The translations under genes and the position numbers were made by a program. From Squalus acanthias (lineage: Eukaryota), in the NCBI GenBank assembly GCA_030390025.1, contig CM059432.1, forward strand, positions 14,882,001-14,946,000: a DNA stretch of 64,000 nucleotides. Reading direction: 5' to 3'. The notes under the pieces are model-generated. The model made no database searches and had not been told where the DNA came from. It saw only the letters and a program-made list of their open reading frames with translations. Below are positions 37,719-50,434 of this stretch, one piece after another. The stretch's first letter is position 1, and the number at the start of each line of letters is the position of its first letter.

Positions 37719-38204
37719 TCTCAATCATATAAGTTCACCCAAAAGTTATCACGCGGCCATTATTGTTTAGTACTTTGCCGCCACCAATCACCATTCTGGC
37801 ACAACTGTCCCCAATCGTACTCAGTCCTCGGAGTACTGAAGGATTTACACAACGTACATAAATATACCTTCCACCTCGACCTTAACTTAATCACAAATGA
37901 CCTGGAAAGAGGAGAAAGTCCATGCTTGCTAGTCAAAATAACTTTTATTTTTATTTTTCATGATTCACCTAACCTCATTTGGGTAAAGTACCAACAGATT
38001 AAAGGCCTGCAGGACAGTCCATTCTTAAAACAAGGTAGACTTTTTCCCCCAAACAAATATTCCATGTGAAATTTGGCAAACATTGTGAACACAAAAAGAT
38101 GCTATCCCACTAATCATTATCATAAAGCATATTATTTCTAAGAGCTGTTAATCTGACCTATGGTTGTTTGACCTTCGAATAAGATACTTTCGAAAAAGAT
38201 AAAG

Positions 38205-38606
38205 AAGGAATACTTGCGCCTTTCATGAGCTTAGGATGTCCCAAAGCGCTTTACAGCCAATGAAGTACATTCGAAGTGTAGTCACTGTTGTAATGTAGGA
38301 AACGCAGCAGCCAATTTGCACACAGCAAGCTCCCACAAATTGCATTGTGATAATGACCAGATAAACTGTTTTTAGTGATGTTGGTTAGGGATAAATATTG
38401 GCCAAGGCACCCGTGAGAACTCTCCTGCTTTTCTTCGAAAATAGTGCCACAGGATTTTTTACGTCCACCTGGGAAAGCAGTCCACCTCGGATTAATGCCT
38501 CATCCAAAAGACAGCACCTCCAACAGTGCAGCACTCCTTCAGCACTGCACTGGAGGGTTAACCTAGATTTTTGTGCTCCAGTCTCTGGAGTGGGACTTGA
38601 ACCCAC

Positions 38607-38647
<41 letters not shown>

Positions 38648-38658
38648 AGGCTGACACT
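38205..38658 (-). mobile_element. tRNA-derived DeuSINE (SacSINE1-like), full length
   Basis: Reverse complement is collinear with 6539-7020. Partial copies at 14745-14970, 17395-17455 and 46300-46430. Confidence 0.85.
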
Positions 38659-39649
38659 TTCTAAACAGTCCAAATAAAGGCCAGTGAAATACAGACATTC
38701 TACCATTAGATGCCATCAGCCTATTTGATAAATACTAAGACCATATCACGTTTACAATCCTCAAGCTCTCTGTTAACTTATCTGGTAAATGCCCTACCTG
38801 GGGTGGTACAAAGTCACCCCAGCAAGGCTCAATCACCAGAGTGAACTAAGATTAGCTGCTATCATCTGGGAGGCACTACAATTGCTCACATTGCTCCTGG
38901 GCTAGGCAGATGAAAAATCAGCCAGAATTCTTTTGAGCAATCTCAGTAGATTCCTACTGGAAGGTGAGCATCTGTGGACATTCACTGGCAGAAGGTTTGG
39001 GCTTGGTTGTGGTACTTCCACAGTTGAATAGTCTGCTGACCCTCTCTGTGAAGACCCAAAAATGGAAAATGGTCACTTGGTGAGGGTTACCAGTGCCCAT
39101 AGAATTATATATACTCCTCTGCATCTAGAGAAATCTAGAGGCAGAACATCATTCCTGCACCAACTGTCCCTCTGCTTTAACTCCATCAATACAATATCAT
39201 AATCATGGAAATCTGAATAAATTCTCATTTCCAAAATCCTAGATCTAACTGCGCCCAAAGTATTCAAATGGTGTCGACTGTCCTGTAGGCCAATTTAGCA
39301 ATTAAAAAGAAATATACACAAGCAAAGACAGTATTTCTCTGTCCAGTCAAGATTTTGTGTAAGGTCAGGATAGCCATACATATACGCACAATAGGCCCAA
39401 TGAACCATTCACAGACGAAATGCAACATGAAAGCATGCAGTGGAGAGATATCCTAAGTGCATGGGTTAGTTGCAAACTTCCAAGAGTAGGCACAACAGGT
39501 TCGACTGAATGTCAGGAGTGAGAATAAAATGAGCTTGCTGTGTGGAAGGTAACAGAGAGAAAAAAAAACCCTCAAACTGAAGAGAGAGAGTGAGTGAAGA
39601 AGAGGCAAAAAGAATGGCACGATGACTGGTCTGTACTTGAACGTCTGAC

Positions 39650-39724
39650 CTGTTAGTTGGTTGTCGCCTGCAGCAGGGGCGATGCGAATGTATGGTGTTG
39701 TAAGCTGAGTCACAATTATCGCAG
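39650..39724 (-). CDS. PTPRM: PTPRM alternative exon (75 nt), AAIIVTQLTTPYIRIAPAAGDNQLT
   Basis: Acceptor cttcctttgccttag|CTGCG, donor ACAG|gtcaga; symmetric phase 1-1. The peptide matches my recollection of the optional extracellular juxtamembrane insert of mammalian PTPmu. Confidence 0.88.
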
Positions 39725-42462
39725 CTAAGGCAAAGGAAGATTTCCAGGTCAGCATGCATGAGAAAAAAGCCAGACTGAAGCTAGACTAGCAACAAGAATT
39801 ACTTAGCGACCGTACTCCTCTATACATGTTACTATATATCTATCTAAGAAAATGAGCATTACAGACAATGCTATATGTGCAACTTATTCTGCTGATAACC
39901 CGTTTCTTTTGGATACAAAATAATGTAAACTCTTGCATCAATTTATTAACCCTTAAAGAACTGCATCTCTTCCTGAAGACATTCAAGGCAGAAGAAATAA
40001 TTGTTCAATTTACTTCATAACTTACCTTGATGTAGGTACTGTGCAAAAAATGTGGCTCTAACCTTTTCTCGTTTTTATTCAGATATTTCCCCCCTCGAGA
40101 TGCCCTTCTCTGAACCATATGCCAATCCTCACCTGAGAGCACAGGCTCCTCGCCTCTGCATTTCAGCTGGAAACCAAGCAAGAGTGGTTCATATTAACCA
40201 GACCTCCAATTTCTCTCCCTCCTTCAACATGGGTAATGCTTCGACTCCCTCATCTTGCTCAGAACTTGGCCGAGGTGAACAAGTTCTTGCCCAATTTTTC
40301 CCTCCACCCCCCTCCTTGTATTAAATGGTCTTCATCCCATTCATTGCTTTGTTCTGCTCAGGACTTCCTCACAACAACCCAGCTGAGATTGGGAACTTGT
40401 TATATGGGAAACCATGGCCATCACTCCATATCCTGTTAATCTATAATACAGCACGTTACGAAGCCAACACTACTGTAATTCTGGTCTATATTTTCTTATT
40501 TTAATTATCTTCTAATGTTGCCCCTCGTTGCTTCCTGTAAGCTAGCTCCTCAAAATAGATCCTTTTCTACCGACTGGACGGGTGGTCCAAGTCATTGGCT
40601 TTTTCCCCAGCTGCTGCTAATCTTAGTCTGTGACTGGCAGCTCAAGAGGTGAGTTTATTGTAGTGAACAGCAGCCTAGTGGCCTAGTGTAGTGACAAGAC
40701 TCTTCCTAATTATGTTGCTGATGGATTGATCGATGAGCCCTGAGATGCATCATCATTTTATACTAATGTGCTGCTGCCTCATCACCTCAAGTTTTAAATC
40801 ATGCTGTTGTGCAAATGGTCTCCGTAGCTATAATTATCATTTCTTTTGTTTTGCTTCAAACAGCGCTGTACCAGAAACCAAATGCCTTGAGAGTGATTTA
40901 TTTTTCCATCCGAGTTAATTCTACTTTGAGAAAAAAGTTTGGCAATTTGCAATGGATGTTCTGCATTTCATGCACCAATACAGCCCGAATTAGGATTGTT
41001 AATTGACCTGGCAGGTTTGATGGCATTATGCAAGGATTGGCAAATTTGAAATGACAGTGTGTAAACTTGTTGACATTTTTTAAATATATCATGGTTACAG
41101 TAGTCATTCCAGATTAAAGGCATTGTTCCATCAAGCCACTCGCTCTTAACGTTAGTCACAAAGTAATTTTAAAATGACCACCTTCATTTCGTATGATGCA
41201 ATCAAAGGTTGTCCATCGAATCACTGGCCCTATTTGGAACCCCGCAAAAACAAATCAGAAATTTTGGGGTTTTGCCCTATTCTCCTGTCCGCTCCAGAAT
41301 GTGCTAACCCTTGCAGGAGTATGGTTTCCTGAGTGCCAACTGGCTACCAGTACCTTACCCAAATGACTATTTTCACACGTAACCCTAGACAGGGATTCAA
41401 TATCCGCCAGGGTTTCTCCCGCTCGCCAGAAGAACTGCAGATAAACGGCATTTACTGTGTCTCTGGGTTTCCGTGGCTCTTCCATTGAAGTTAAGGCTTA
41501 GAGGGAGAATTCCCCCTGCGGAAATTCACCCCCAGAGTGCCTTCATGTTATTTAACCATAGAGGAGATCACAGCTAAGCCCTGATGTCCACACAGTCCTT
41601 AGATTGCAAAAGTGAATGCAGGCACTGGTTGAGACCAACTGCAGCTACTCAACTGTTGCCACTGCTGAGGTCCGTGTAACTCAGAGCAGTGCTGGGATAA
41701 AAACGTGGGACTTGGCTGGTTTGCTTGTCTCAGTATCCCACTAGCCAGTGCTTGTATCCACTAAACTTACAGACGGGCTAACAAATATCATTCATAAACA
41801 CAAGACAGATGATGAAAGGTCGTGTTTCAACACCCAAGTTTCCTGTTCCTATCGCCAGCCATTTCAGGATTCAGAATGCGATTCCTTTCAACTTAAAAGT
41901 GGTCCTTTGAGGGTTAATAAAATCACATTAAATGGATACCTAAGCGAACCATGAAAATAACAAAAGCAGAAAAAAAGTCAGAGAATTTATCGGGTTATTA
42001 GTACACAATTATAGTCGGATGCATGTAAAAAAAAAAGATTGATTTATGTAGAGCAGAGTGCTGTTAAACAAGGAGCAATTGCCGCAGAATTAATTATTAG
42101 GATCATTTTCAGGCATTCAAAGATAGGTTAAATGGGATTAATATCTACAGATACAACATATTGAAGTGTAGCGCAACATTAATAATTATAAACAAAACTA
42201 AGTTGCCTAAACAAGTGGATGAAACCAAAAAGAAGATGCGAATTCTGACTAATCGGGTTACAAAGAACTATCAAAGAATGTAGGAGCCATATTAAAGTAT
42301 TACAGTAATAAAGTATTCATGACAAAAGCAAATATTTGCGTCAAAATTCTGGCTGTCTAGAATATACACGCTGGCACGTATTTTAAATACCTTTTTAATC
42401 AGAAATAGATGAATGTTATGACAGAGGTCTGTGGTACAAGAAACAGGAGAACGAAGACATAC

Positions 42463-42499
42463 CTTTTGTGGCCACCCTGACGCAGTCAATTTTGGTTTC
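42463..42499 (-). CDS. PTPRM: PTPRM exon (37 nt), ETKIDCVRVATK
   Basis: Acceptor ttgacacag|GAAACC, donor AAAG|gtatgt. Continues in frame from ...KANG; phase 0 in, phase 1 out. Confidence 0.95.
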
Positions 42500-43367
42500 C
42501 TGTGTCAAATTAAGAGGAAAAAATGTCATTTCTGGTGCTTCAGCTAAAGCAAACATAACCTCATCACCAATTCTATTTAAAATCCATCGATAAGATCGAC
42601 TTGGAGGAACAGCGACGTGTTTGGTCACGTATTAGCAATAGCTCTTAGCAAATTCAGCAATGAACCCGGCAGTTCTTGGCAATTGGAATGAAATGTACTT
42701 GGCATTTTAGATAAATACTTCAGTTAACATTTATCTGCACAACAAATACAATTAATTGGCAAAGGCAGCGAACAGCCTTCACTTCAGCAACTCATTGACC
42801 TTGAGTACTGTAGAGGGAAAGCCTCAACAACATATCTGACAATTAAAAGAAAAATCAATGGCGCTTTAGAGTTTGGCAATGTAAAAAGGAAACCATTACT
42901 TTGAATGGCAAAAACACTTCCAGACTGCCATAAATAGGTATGGTTCATCAGAGGCAAACTCTACTTGCGATTTGTACAGGAATTTGAAACGGATTCAGGG
43001 AACAGCCATAAAGATGAATATGATCTGCTTGACTATATTTCACAACATCTTCTTTATTTAAAGTGAAGTCACAATGTAACAGACAAGCGTCAATTGTCCT
43101 TTTGAAGTATTTCCACAGACATATGTAATGATGTTTTGGGTGGAAGGATATAACAGTGTTCAGAATTGATTACGAAGGGAGCACTTAAGAACATAAGAAT
43201 ACAAGGAACTAGGAAAGGTCATTCAACCCACTGCACTCGTTACTTCCAAATCACATGTACAATCTGCTCTATCATGAGCTCTACCCAAACCACTTTATCT
43301 ACAAACGAAAGATGTTGCAGTTTCTCCCTGCACCTCATTCCTAATGGTAAATGAAACAAAACTCCAA

Positions 43368-43876
43368 GGGGGAAAAATTCGGTTGATTTGCGCCTCCCGT
43401 TCGCGCCCTCATGGGGCGCAAAGCAACTAGCGCCCGGTCGCGGCGCCGCTGACGCCTCCCGCGAAATTCAGCAGGAGGTTAGTGGCGGCGGTAACCGTTC
43501 GCGCCCCGCGGCGCTGCGCCTCTGGCGATGACGGAAATTAAAGGGGCGGTGCCGGGTGGCCAATTTTGTTGCTGGCCGCCTGCCAGCACCTGCCCCCGTT
43601 GCTGTCCCCAGCCTCCTGTGAAGGCCCCCCGCTCTTTTGCCGGCACTCCGATCCCTGGTGGCCCAGCTGAGACCAGGGTTGCGCTACGCAAGGCCCCTCC
43701 CCTTTAATAAGGGGCGGAAGGCCTGCAGTACCGTGGCGCGACATAGCTTCCAGTAGTGCCCTGCCTCCCTCTTAGGGCGCTACCAGTGAATTTCGGGCGC
43801 TGGGGCACTAACTTTTTCAGGGCGCTACCTGTCGAAGGTAGCGCCCCAAAGGGGGCGCAACCCGATTTTGTCCCCC
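43368..43876. mobile_element. GC-rich non-autonomous TIR element (Harbinger-like)
   Basis: gggggaaaaattcggtt...tgcgcc / ggcgcaacccgattttgtccccc termini; CpG-rich island in AT-rich intron. Confidence 0.65.
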
Positions 43877-44949
43877 AAAATTCTTCTGTAACTTTGCCTT
43901 CTACATAAAGGAAAACTACTCCACAATGTTTATGAACAACACATGGTCCCTGCAGTTCAGAATTTATCTTATTCCATATAGCATTCAATTATATATCTTT
44001 TAACTGGAGTTTTGTTTTATATGGGAATCCTGCACTTTGATAAAAATGTCAATAATGAGGACTAGTCTCCAACACTAATAAGTATTAATTGTTATTCTGT
44101 AGCTCTAGTGTGGGTGAAGTTTGTCATGGACTTAGCAAAGAAAGGGTAACATTGTTGGCATATGGACCGCAGTTAATTCAGCTTCTGAAAGGTGTTCATG
44201 TTTAGTTCATTCGATATATAGGGAAAAAAATGTGGGTCGTATCATTAGAGAGAGGGGGAGAGAGAGAGAGAGCAAGGCCACGATGTTTTTCTGTGTGTTG
44301 TTGATGCAGACTTGTGTCTCTGGATTATGCAGTAGCCAGAGACGACCATATTAGGCAATGCCTGCTCCAGTTTGATAAGAAAACTGCGTATAAATGTTAG
44401 CTTTTTCCTTTGTTCGATAGCACAGAAGAACCCATGCCGAGGTTTACGCGCTCTATCTGTGACTGTACTCTGCTTGTAAATTGCTTTTTATGCTGAAGTT
44501 AAAGAATAAAATGATTAGAAACAGAAGACTGAATTCTTTACTACTGAAGTGAACAAACAGAACTTTGTTTAAGACAACAACCATAGCTTCTGCTAGCAAT
44601 AAAGTAACAGTACATTTTATTTAAGGACTCTTGCTACGGAAATAGATAAAGTTCTAGCTAAGGAAGAGGTTGGAATCAAAGAAATTTACAGCACAGAAGG
44701 AGGCCATTTGGCCCATCGTGTCTGTGCCGGCCGACAAAGAGCTATCCAGCCTAATCCCACTTTCCAGCTCTTGGTCCGTAGCCTTGTAGGTTACAGCACT
44801 TCAAGTGCATATCCAAGTACTTTTTAAATGCAATGAAAGATATCTGATGGCCACAATTCCTCACATGTCCAGTTCACAAACTCGCATTCTGAGAATCGGA
44901 GTGGTTTATGTATTTGGATTATGACAGCTACGGGGTTCAGAGGAGAAAT

Positions 44950-46165
44950 AGTACAAAACAAAAACAAAAAAATCAGGAAACACACAACAGGTCAGTTAGC
45001 ATCTGTGGAGAAAGTAAGACAAGTCAGTATGGTGTCTGAGCCCGAAGAGGTGAACATGCATATTAATAGAACCCGAAAAAGGTCAGGGCGGGGGGGGAGG
45101 AGAGGGAAAGAAAGAAGCAAACACAAAGAAGAAATGTCAGTGGAATTGTTGTCAGATAATGTAACAGATCATCTCAGTCAAGGAATGGAGAGAAGCATTA
45201 AAGAAATGAAACCAAGAGCATGTGAATAGCCAGGGCAATGGGAGACCTGTCCAAGGCAGGAAATTGGGAGAAATGGAAATCACAGAAGCTAGCCTATGGG
45301 TCAAGTTTGAAACAAGAACAGAAAATACTGGCAACGTACAGTAGGTTTGCCAGCTCCGAAAAGGGGTTGAACAAGCAAACGATGAAAGTGCAGCCCTCTC
45401 CTATCGGGAGGGTGTGCTAATAAAAGATATCCTCCTCAAACCGCAAGCCATTTCCCCTCTGCCCCAGACCCACTCCACATCACCAAAAACTCCTGCTGTA
45501 AAAAAAAAAATGGATATAGCTAAGGTTTGTAGTAGTTACTGGTCAATGCTCAGATCAGTAGGTTGCAGGGTGCCCAGCAGAAAGATATTTGATCCTGAAG
45601 CTTCATTGGAAGAGTATGAGCCCAAGGACAGAAAGGTCAGAGTGGGAGTTAAAGCGTCAAGCCACAGGGAGGTCAAGGGGCGTGCTAGTGGACAGAAGAG
45701 AAGTGTTCAGCAAAGTAACAACTGAATTTACATCTTCTCTCCCCAATGGAGAGCAGAGTACACTGCGAGTAGTGAATACAGTATACTAAATTGAAGGAAT
45801 CTCACAAAGAAAAGAGTATTTGGGGCTTTGGACAATGGTGTAGGAGGAGGTGCGAGGACGGGAGTTGTACCTCTTGCAGTTGTATTTGAAGGTGCCAGGG
45901 AATGGCAGCTGGAAGTTGTGAACCAGGGGAGAGTGAAACAGGGTCCCTCAGGAAAGCAGAGCGAGAAGAGGAGGGATGATATATTTGGTGATTGGATCAA
46001 GTTGCAGATGTTGGATATGGAGGTAGATGATTTGGGAAATGCAGAGGCTGGTAGAGCAGATGGTGAGAATGAAAGGGACCTTGTTATGGTTGTGAGAGGA
46101 GTGGAAGGAAGTATGCTTAGAAGCACAGGAAATGGGACAATTCCAGTCGACAGTCTTGCCGAGCA
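44950..46165 (-). mobile_element. Old, degraded Penelope-like fragments
   Basis: The reverse complement resembles the linker, GIY-YIG and terminal-repeat regions of the 19598-22890 element (e.g. ...PITKYIIPPLLALLS resembles DPTTKHIFPSPPLSAF). Confidence 0.6.
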
Positions 46166-47194
46166 TTAATACTAATAATTAATATTAATACAGTTGTATA
46201 TCGTTTTGAAATGTCAAAGTGCTTCACAGATTACATTTAAAATGCAGTGACTATTATTCCAGTGCTATGCGATATTTAACATCATGCCAAACAGACAGAT
46301 AGGACAACTTATGCAAAGGTCAGACCTTTGACAAAGCAGTGTCTTTAGATAGCATGCGCAAGTCCTGGTGTAGGGCTCATCCCTACAACCTTCCGACCCA
46401 AAGAATGCTACCAATTGAGCCAAGCTGAAATTAAAAAAAATAACAACTCCTAGATTACTTAGTAATTTTGCAATAAAAATCATTCGGCCACTATACTTGT
46501 CAATGTAAAAAAAGATGAACACTGAATCTTGATGCTGGTAAAACATTCAAAGAAACAAGCTGACAGTGCTTCCTAATTTGCTGCAAGAAACTTGGCCAAC
46601 AGTTCCCAACTGACAAGGAATGCACGAGACACTCAGTAAAAACATTGTGCAAGATCAGCATTACTGTAAGGTGTTTATAACAAAAACCACCCCAAAAGAA
46701 ATGCAATTATAAATATGAATTACCATTACCCGTTAATTATCTCCTAAAGGTAAATATTCTGTGCGATTTATATACAAGCGCATCAAAAGGAATATTATTT
46801 TCTTTCAGTGTCTCTTTAGATCTGTTAAATGCTGATAGGCAATTACTTTTAAGTTTACACTACTTTTTGAGAAATATTTACCCTTCTTACGAGAAGAAAA
46901 TGGAAATAAATGTACATTTAATTCACCGGAAACTGATATGCTTCAGAGATTTTTAATTCATCCATTTTTAATTCTTCTTCCTCTACTTCCTTTCTCTGAT
47001 TCAGAGGGTGTGCAATTTATCTGCTCTCATGCTTCACACAATGCTGCCTCATCACAAAACCTCAACCTTATACAAGAAACACCCGAGGTGACTCAGCATC
47101 CTAGTTTCCATCTCCTCCCATAGGGAAAGTCTCTCTTCCGCTTCTGCCTCACAGTAGTTCTGTTGAATTAGCTGAGTGGGGAAATAGAGGTACA

Positions 47195-48210
47195 AGAATC
47201 ACAGAATCAGAGAATGGTTACAGCACAGTAGGAGGCCATTCGGCTGGTCGAGCCTGTGCCGGCTCGCTGCAAGAGCACTTCAGCTAGTCCCACTCCCTCA
47301 CCCTTTTCCCGTAGCCCTGCAATTATTTTTCCTTCAGGTACTTGTCCAATTCCCTTTTGAAAGCCACGATTGAATCTGCCTCTACCACCCTTTCAGCACT
47401 CCATTCCAGATCCTAACCATTCGTTGCATAAAAACGTTTTTCCTCATATCGCCTTTGGATCTTCTGCCAATCACCTAAAATCTGTGTCCTCTGGTTCTCG
47501 ACCCTTCCGCCAATGGGAACAGTTTCGCGCTCTCTACTCTGTCTAGACCCCTCATGATTTTGAACACCTCTATCAAATCTCCTCTCAATCTTCTCTGCTC
47601 TAAGGAGAACAACCCCAGCTTCTCCAATCTATCCACGTAACTGAAGTCCCTCATCCCTGGAATCATTCTTGTAAATCATTTCTGCACCTTCTCTAAGGCT
47701 TTCACATCCTTCCTAAAGTGCGGTGCCCAGAATTGGACACAATACTCCAGTTGGGGCCGAACCAATGTTTTATAAAGGTTCATCGTAACTTCCTTGCTTT
47801 TGTACTCTCTATGCCTCTATTTATAAAGCCCAGGAACCCGTATGCTTTTTTAACCGCTTTCCCAACCTGCCCTGCCACCTTCAACGATTTGTGCACATAT
47901 ACCCCCAGATCTCTCTGTTCCTGCACCCCCTTTAGAATTGTACCCTTTAGTTTATATTGCCTCTCCTCGTTCTTCCTACCAAAATGTATCAATTCGCACT
48001 TTTCTGCATTAAACTTCATCTGCCACGTGTCCGCCCATTCCACCAGCCTGTCTATGTCTACTTGAAGTCTATCCCTATCCTCCTCACTGTTCACTATACT
48101 TCCAAGTTTTGTGTCATCCGCAAATTTTTGAAATAGTGCCCTGTACACCTACGTCCAAATCATTAATATGTATATTTCAAGAAAAGCAGTGGTCCTAGTA
48201 CCGACCCCAA
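47195..48210 (-). mobile_element. CR1 LINE 3' fragment
   Basis: KFADDTKLG...WADTWQMKFNAEKC and RDFSYVDRLEKLGLFSLEQRRLRGDL; tail at about 47195-47215. Confidence 0.92.
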
Positions 48211-49287
48211 CCCTGCATCTTACTACGCCACGCTGAAGCACATTATAGTACTAACATGCAATGTCCCTGCACTGCCAGACCAATACCAAACTAACTTTAA
48301 AAAAATCATAAATTATCCATGAACGATGTAGTTTTACATCTATGTCCATTTGGCCAACACTGGTGACTCGATTAGCTGTTGAGGTGTGATGCCCCTTTCG
48401 AAACACAGCAAATCTCTCCTTCATAAATCTCCAACAGAACTCTGTGGAAAGTGAGCACTGTGGACAACAGATGAGGTCTGGATCAGGCTTGGCGATGTTG
48501 CACCCTCACAGTTGCCTGTCTAGCAACATTCACTTTCCAGCATCACACATGATGATTGGCCACTTGGGTGAGGTGGCACAGGACCGCCAGTTTTGGTACG
48601 ACTGTACCCTATCACGAGTCAGCGCTCTCAGGAGCAGAGGAGGAGAAAATTGGGAGGATGGGGAAGCTTCAATAAAGAGTTTATAATTTACCAAAATAAT
48701 ACTCCAGTGCTTTATTACTGGTTTTCTCAGGAGCTATGTTGTCTCATAGTGGGCAGTTGCTGCAGGAAACCAAATGAGCCACTTTGAACAAGGCAGATGC
48801 TGTGCTTCTTGGATGCAGAGAAGGAATTAGCTATATTTTAAACAAACCTGCTTGACAGTAACTGAACTGCTGGATCACTTACTGCTTACCAAGCCCCCTA
48901 ATAGAAGTGCTATAATGTCTGGGTGCATGACACGCACAGGTAATTACTAAGCCTTTGCTCGAGATGGATCTGTACTCTTTGAGTCAATGCTCGAGCTAGT
49001 TGCTTTGGAATTGCAATTTGCCTTGATATACATGGCACTCCAAGTTTTGTCCCTGTGTGGTCATCACGACCATCAGCCTAGGCATAACCGCCAAGGAGCA
49101 GGTCATAATCTGCCATCGTGGGAGTGAATGGACTCCATTGGAGAATGGCAAACCAAGGTTTTTTTTTCCATTTTTACATGAAGCATATGGACAAACAGAT
49201 GGAAGTACACTGACTAAACAGACGAAAATAAAATAAACATTGCATATTTTATGGTTGCATCCAACAGTTACAGCTATGGACACTTAC

Positions 49288-49561
49288 CCCATTGGCTTTG
49301 CTCACTGCTTGAAAGTAAATGCTGTAACTCTTATGAGGGAGAAGCGGGGCATTCCAGTAGCCATTATATGTCTTGTTATCTCCAATGGTAAACGGTTGGG
49401 CTGCTTGAAGAGCATCCGGTGGAAATTCAGCGGCAAAGTAATGAGGAGAGTCTGAAATGGAGGCGTTCTGGTAGGTGATGGGAACAAAGTAGCAGTCCGG
49501 AACATCAGTTGCCTTCTTGGTCCTGCGTGGACGCTCTTCTTCCACAATTACCTGGTAGGCA
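49288..49561 (-). CDS. PTPRM: PTPRM exon (274 nt): fourth fibronectin type III domain with furin-type cleavage site
   Basis: Translates to (S)[91 protein letters not shown], closely matching my recollection of PTPmu. Acceptor ttctcttttag|TGCC, donor GGG|gtaagt; phase 2 in, phase 0 out. Confidence 0.96.
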
Positions 49562-50434
49562 CTAAAAGAGAAACAGAAAAAAAAATGAACTAAAACATTA
49601 ACAAGATTAATTGACTGTAGCAACAATAACGGGGACCTTCCTGAAGATAGTACCTCCTTTCATGTAGGGATGAGCTCGCTTTGGAGTTCTACTTTGGTCC
49701 ATTTTGGGGATTTTGACCCATTTTTCCCAAGGAAAGGACCTTGGTTTGATTTATATTAAAAATATTACCTTTGAATTAAATCTAACTCACAGCAACCAGA
49801 GGATGGGTACAATGTGAATTTTAGCTATATGGATCAGTTTATAGCATGTTGTTACTCAATATTACTTTGAACTAGGACAATAAGAGTCAGTTGGCTCATC
49901 CAAACTTATGTCAAGATAGTTCCATTCATTTTGAGAACAGCAAGAGCTTGGGCTGGAATTTCCTGGATCGCATTTATGCTGAAAATAAGCCGAGATTTCC
50001 CCCTGTTTTTATGCCGATCTTGCTGCTTGCCGTTCACGCTGAAATTTCCTCAGAATCTTATTAGCATATACCACAACATAAAAAAAAGTTGTAAAACAAG
50101 CGGAAATCAATGCAAACAATCAGGCCCAATGAAATAGTGGGGAACCAAGGGGCGAATAAGAGTGAGGAACTTAAAGTAATTCATATCAGCAGAGAAAAAG
50201 TACTTGAGAAACTAATAGGACTAAAAGACGACAAATCCCCTGGACCTGATGGCCTACATCCTAGGTTTCTAAAAGAGGTGGCTGCAGAGATAGTGGCTGC
50301 ATTGGTTTTGATCTTCCAAAATTCCCTAGAATCTAGAATGGTCCCAGTGGATTGGAAGGTAGCAAATGTAACACTGCTATTGAAGAAAGGCAGGAGAGAT
50401 AAAACAGGAAACTACAGGCCAGTTAGCCTGACAT

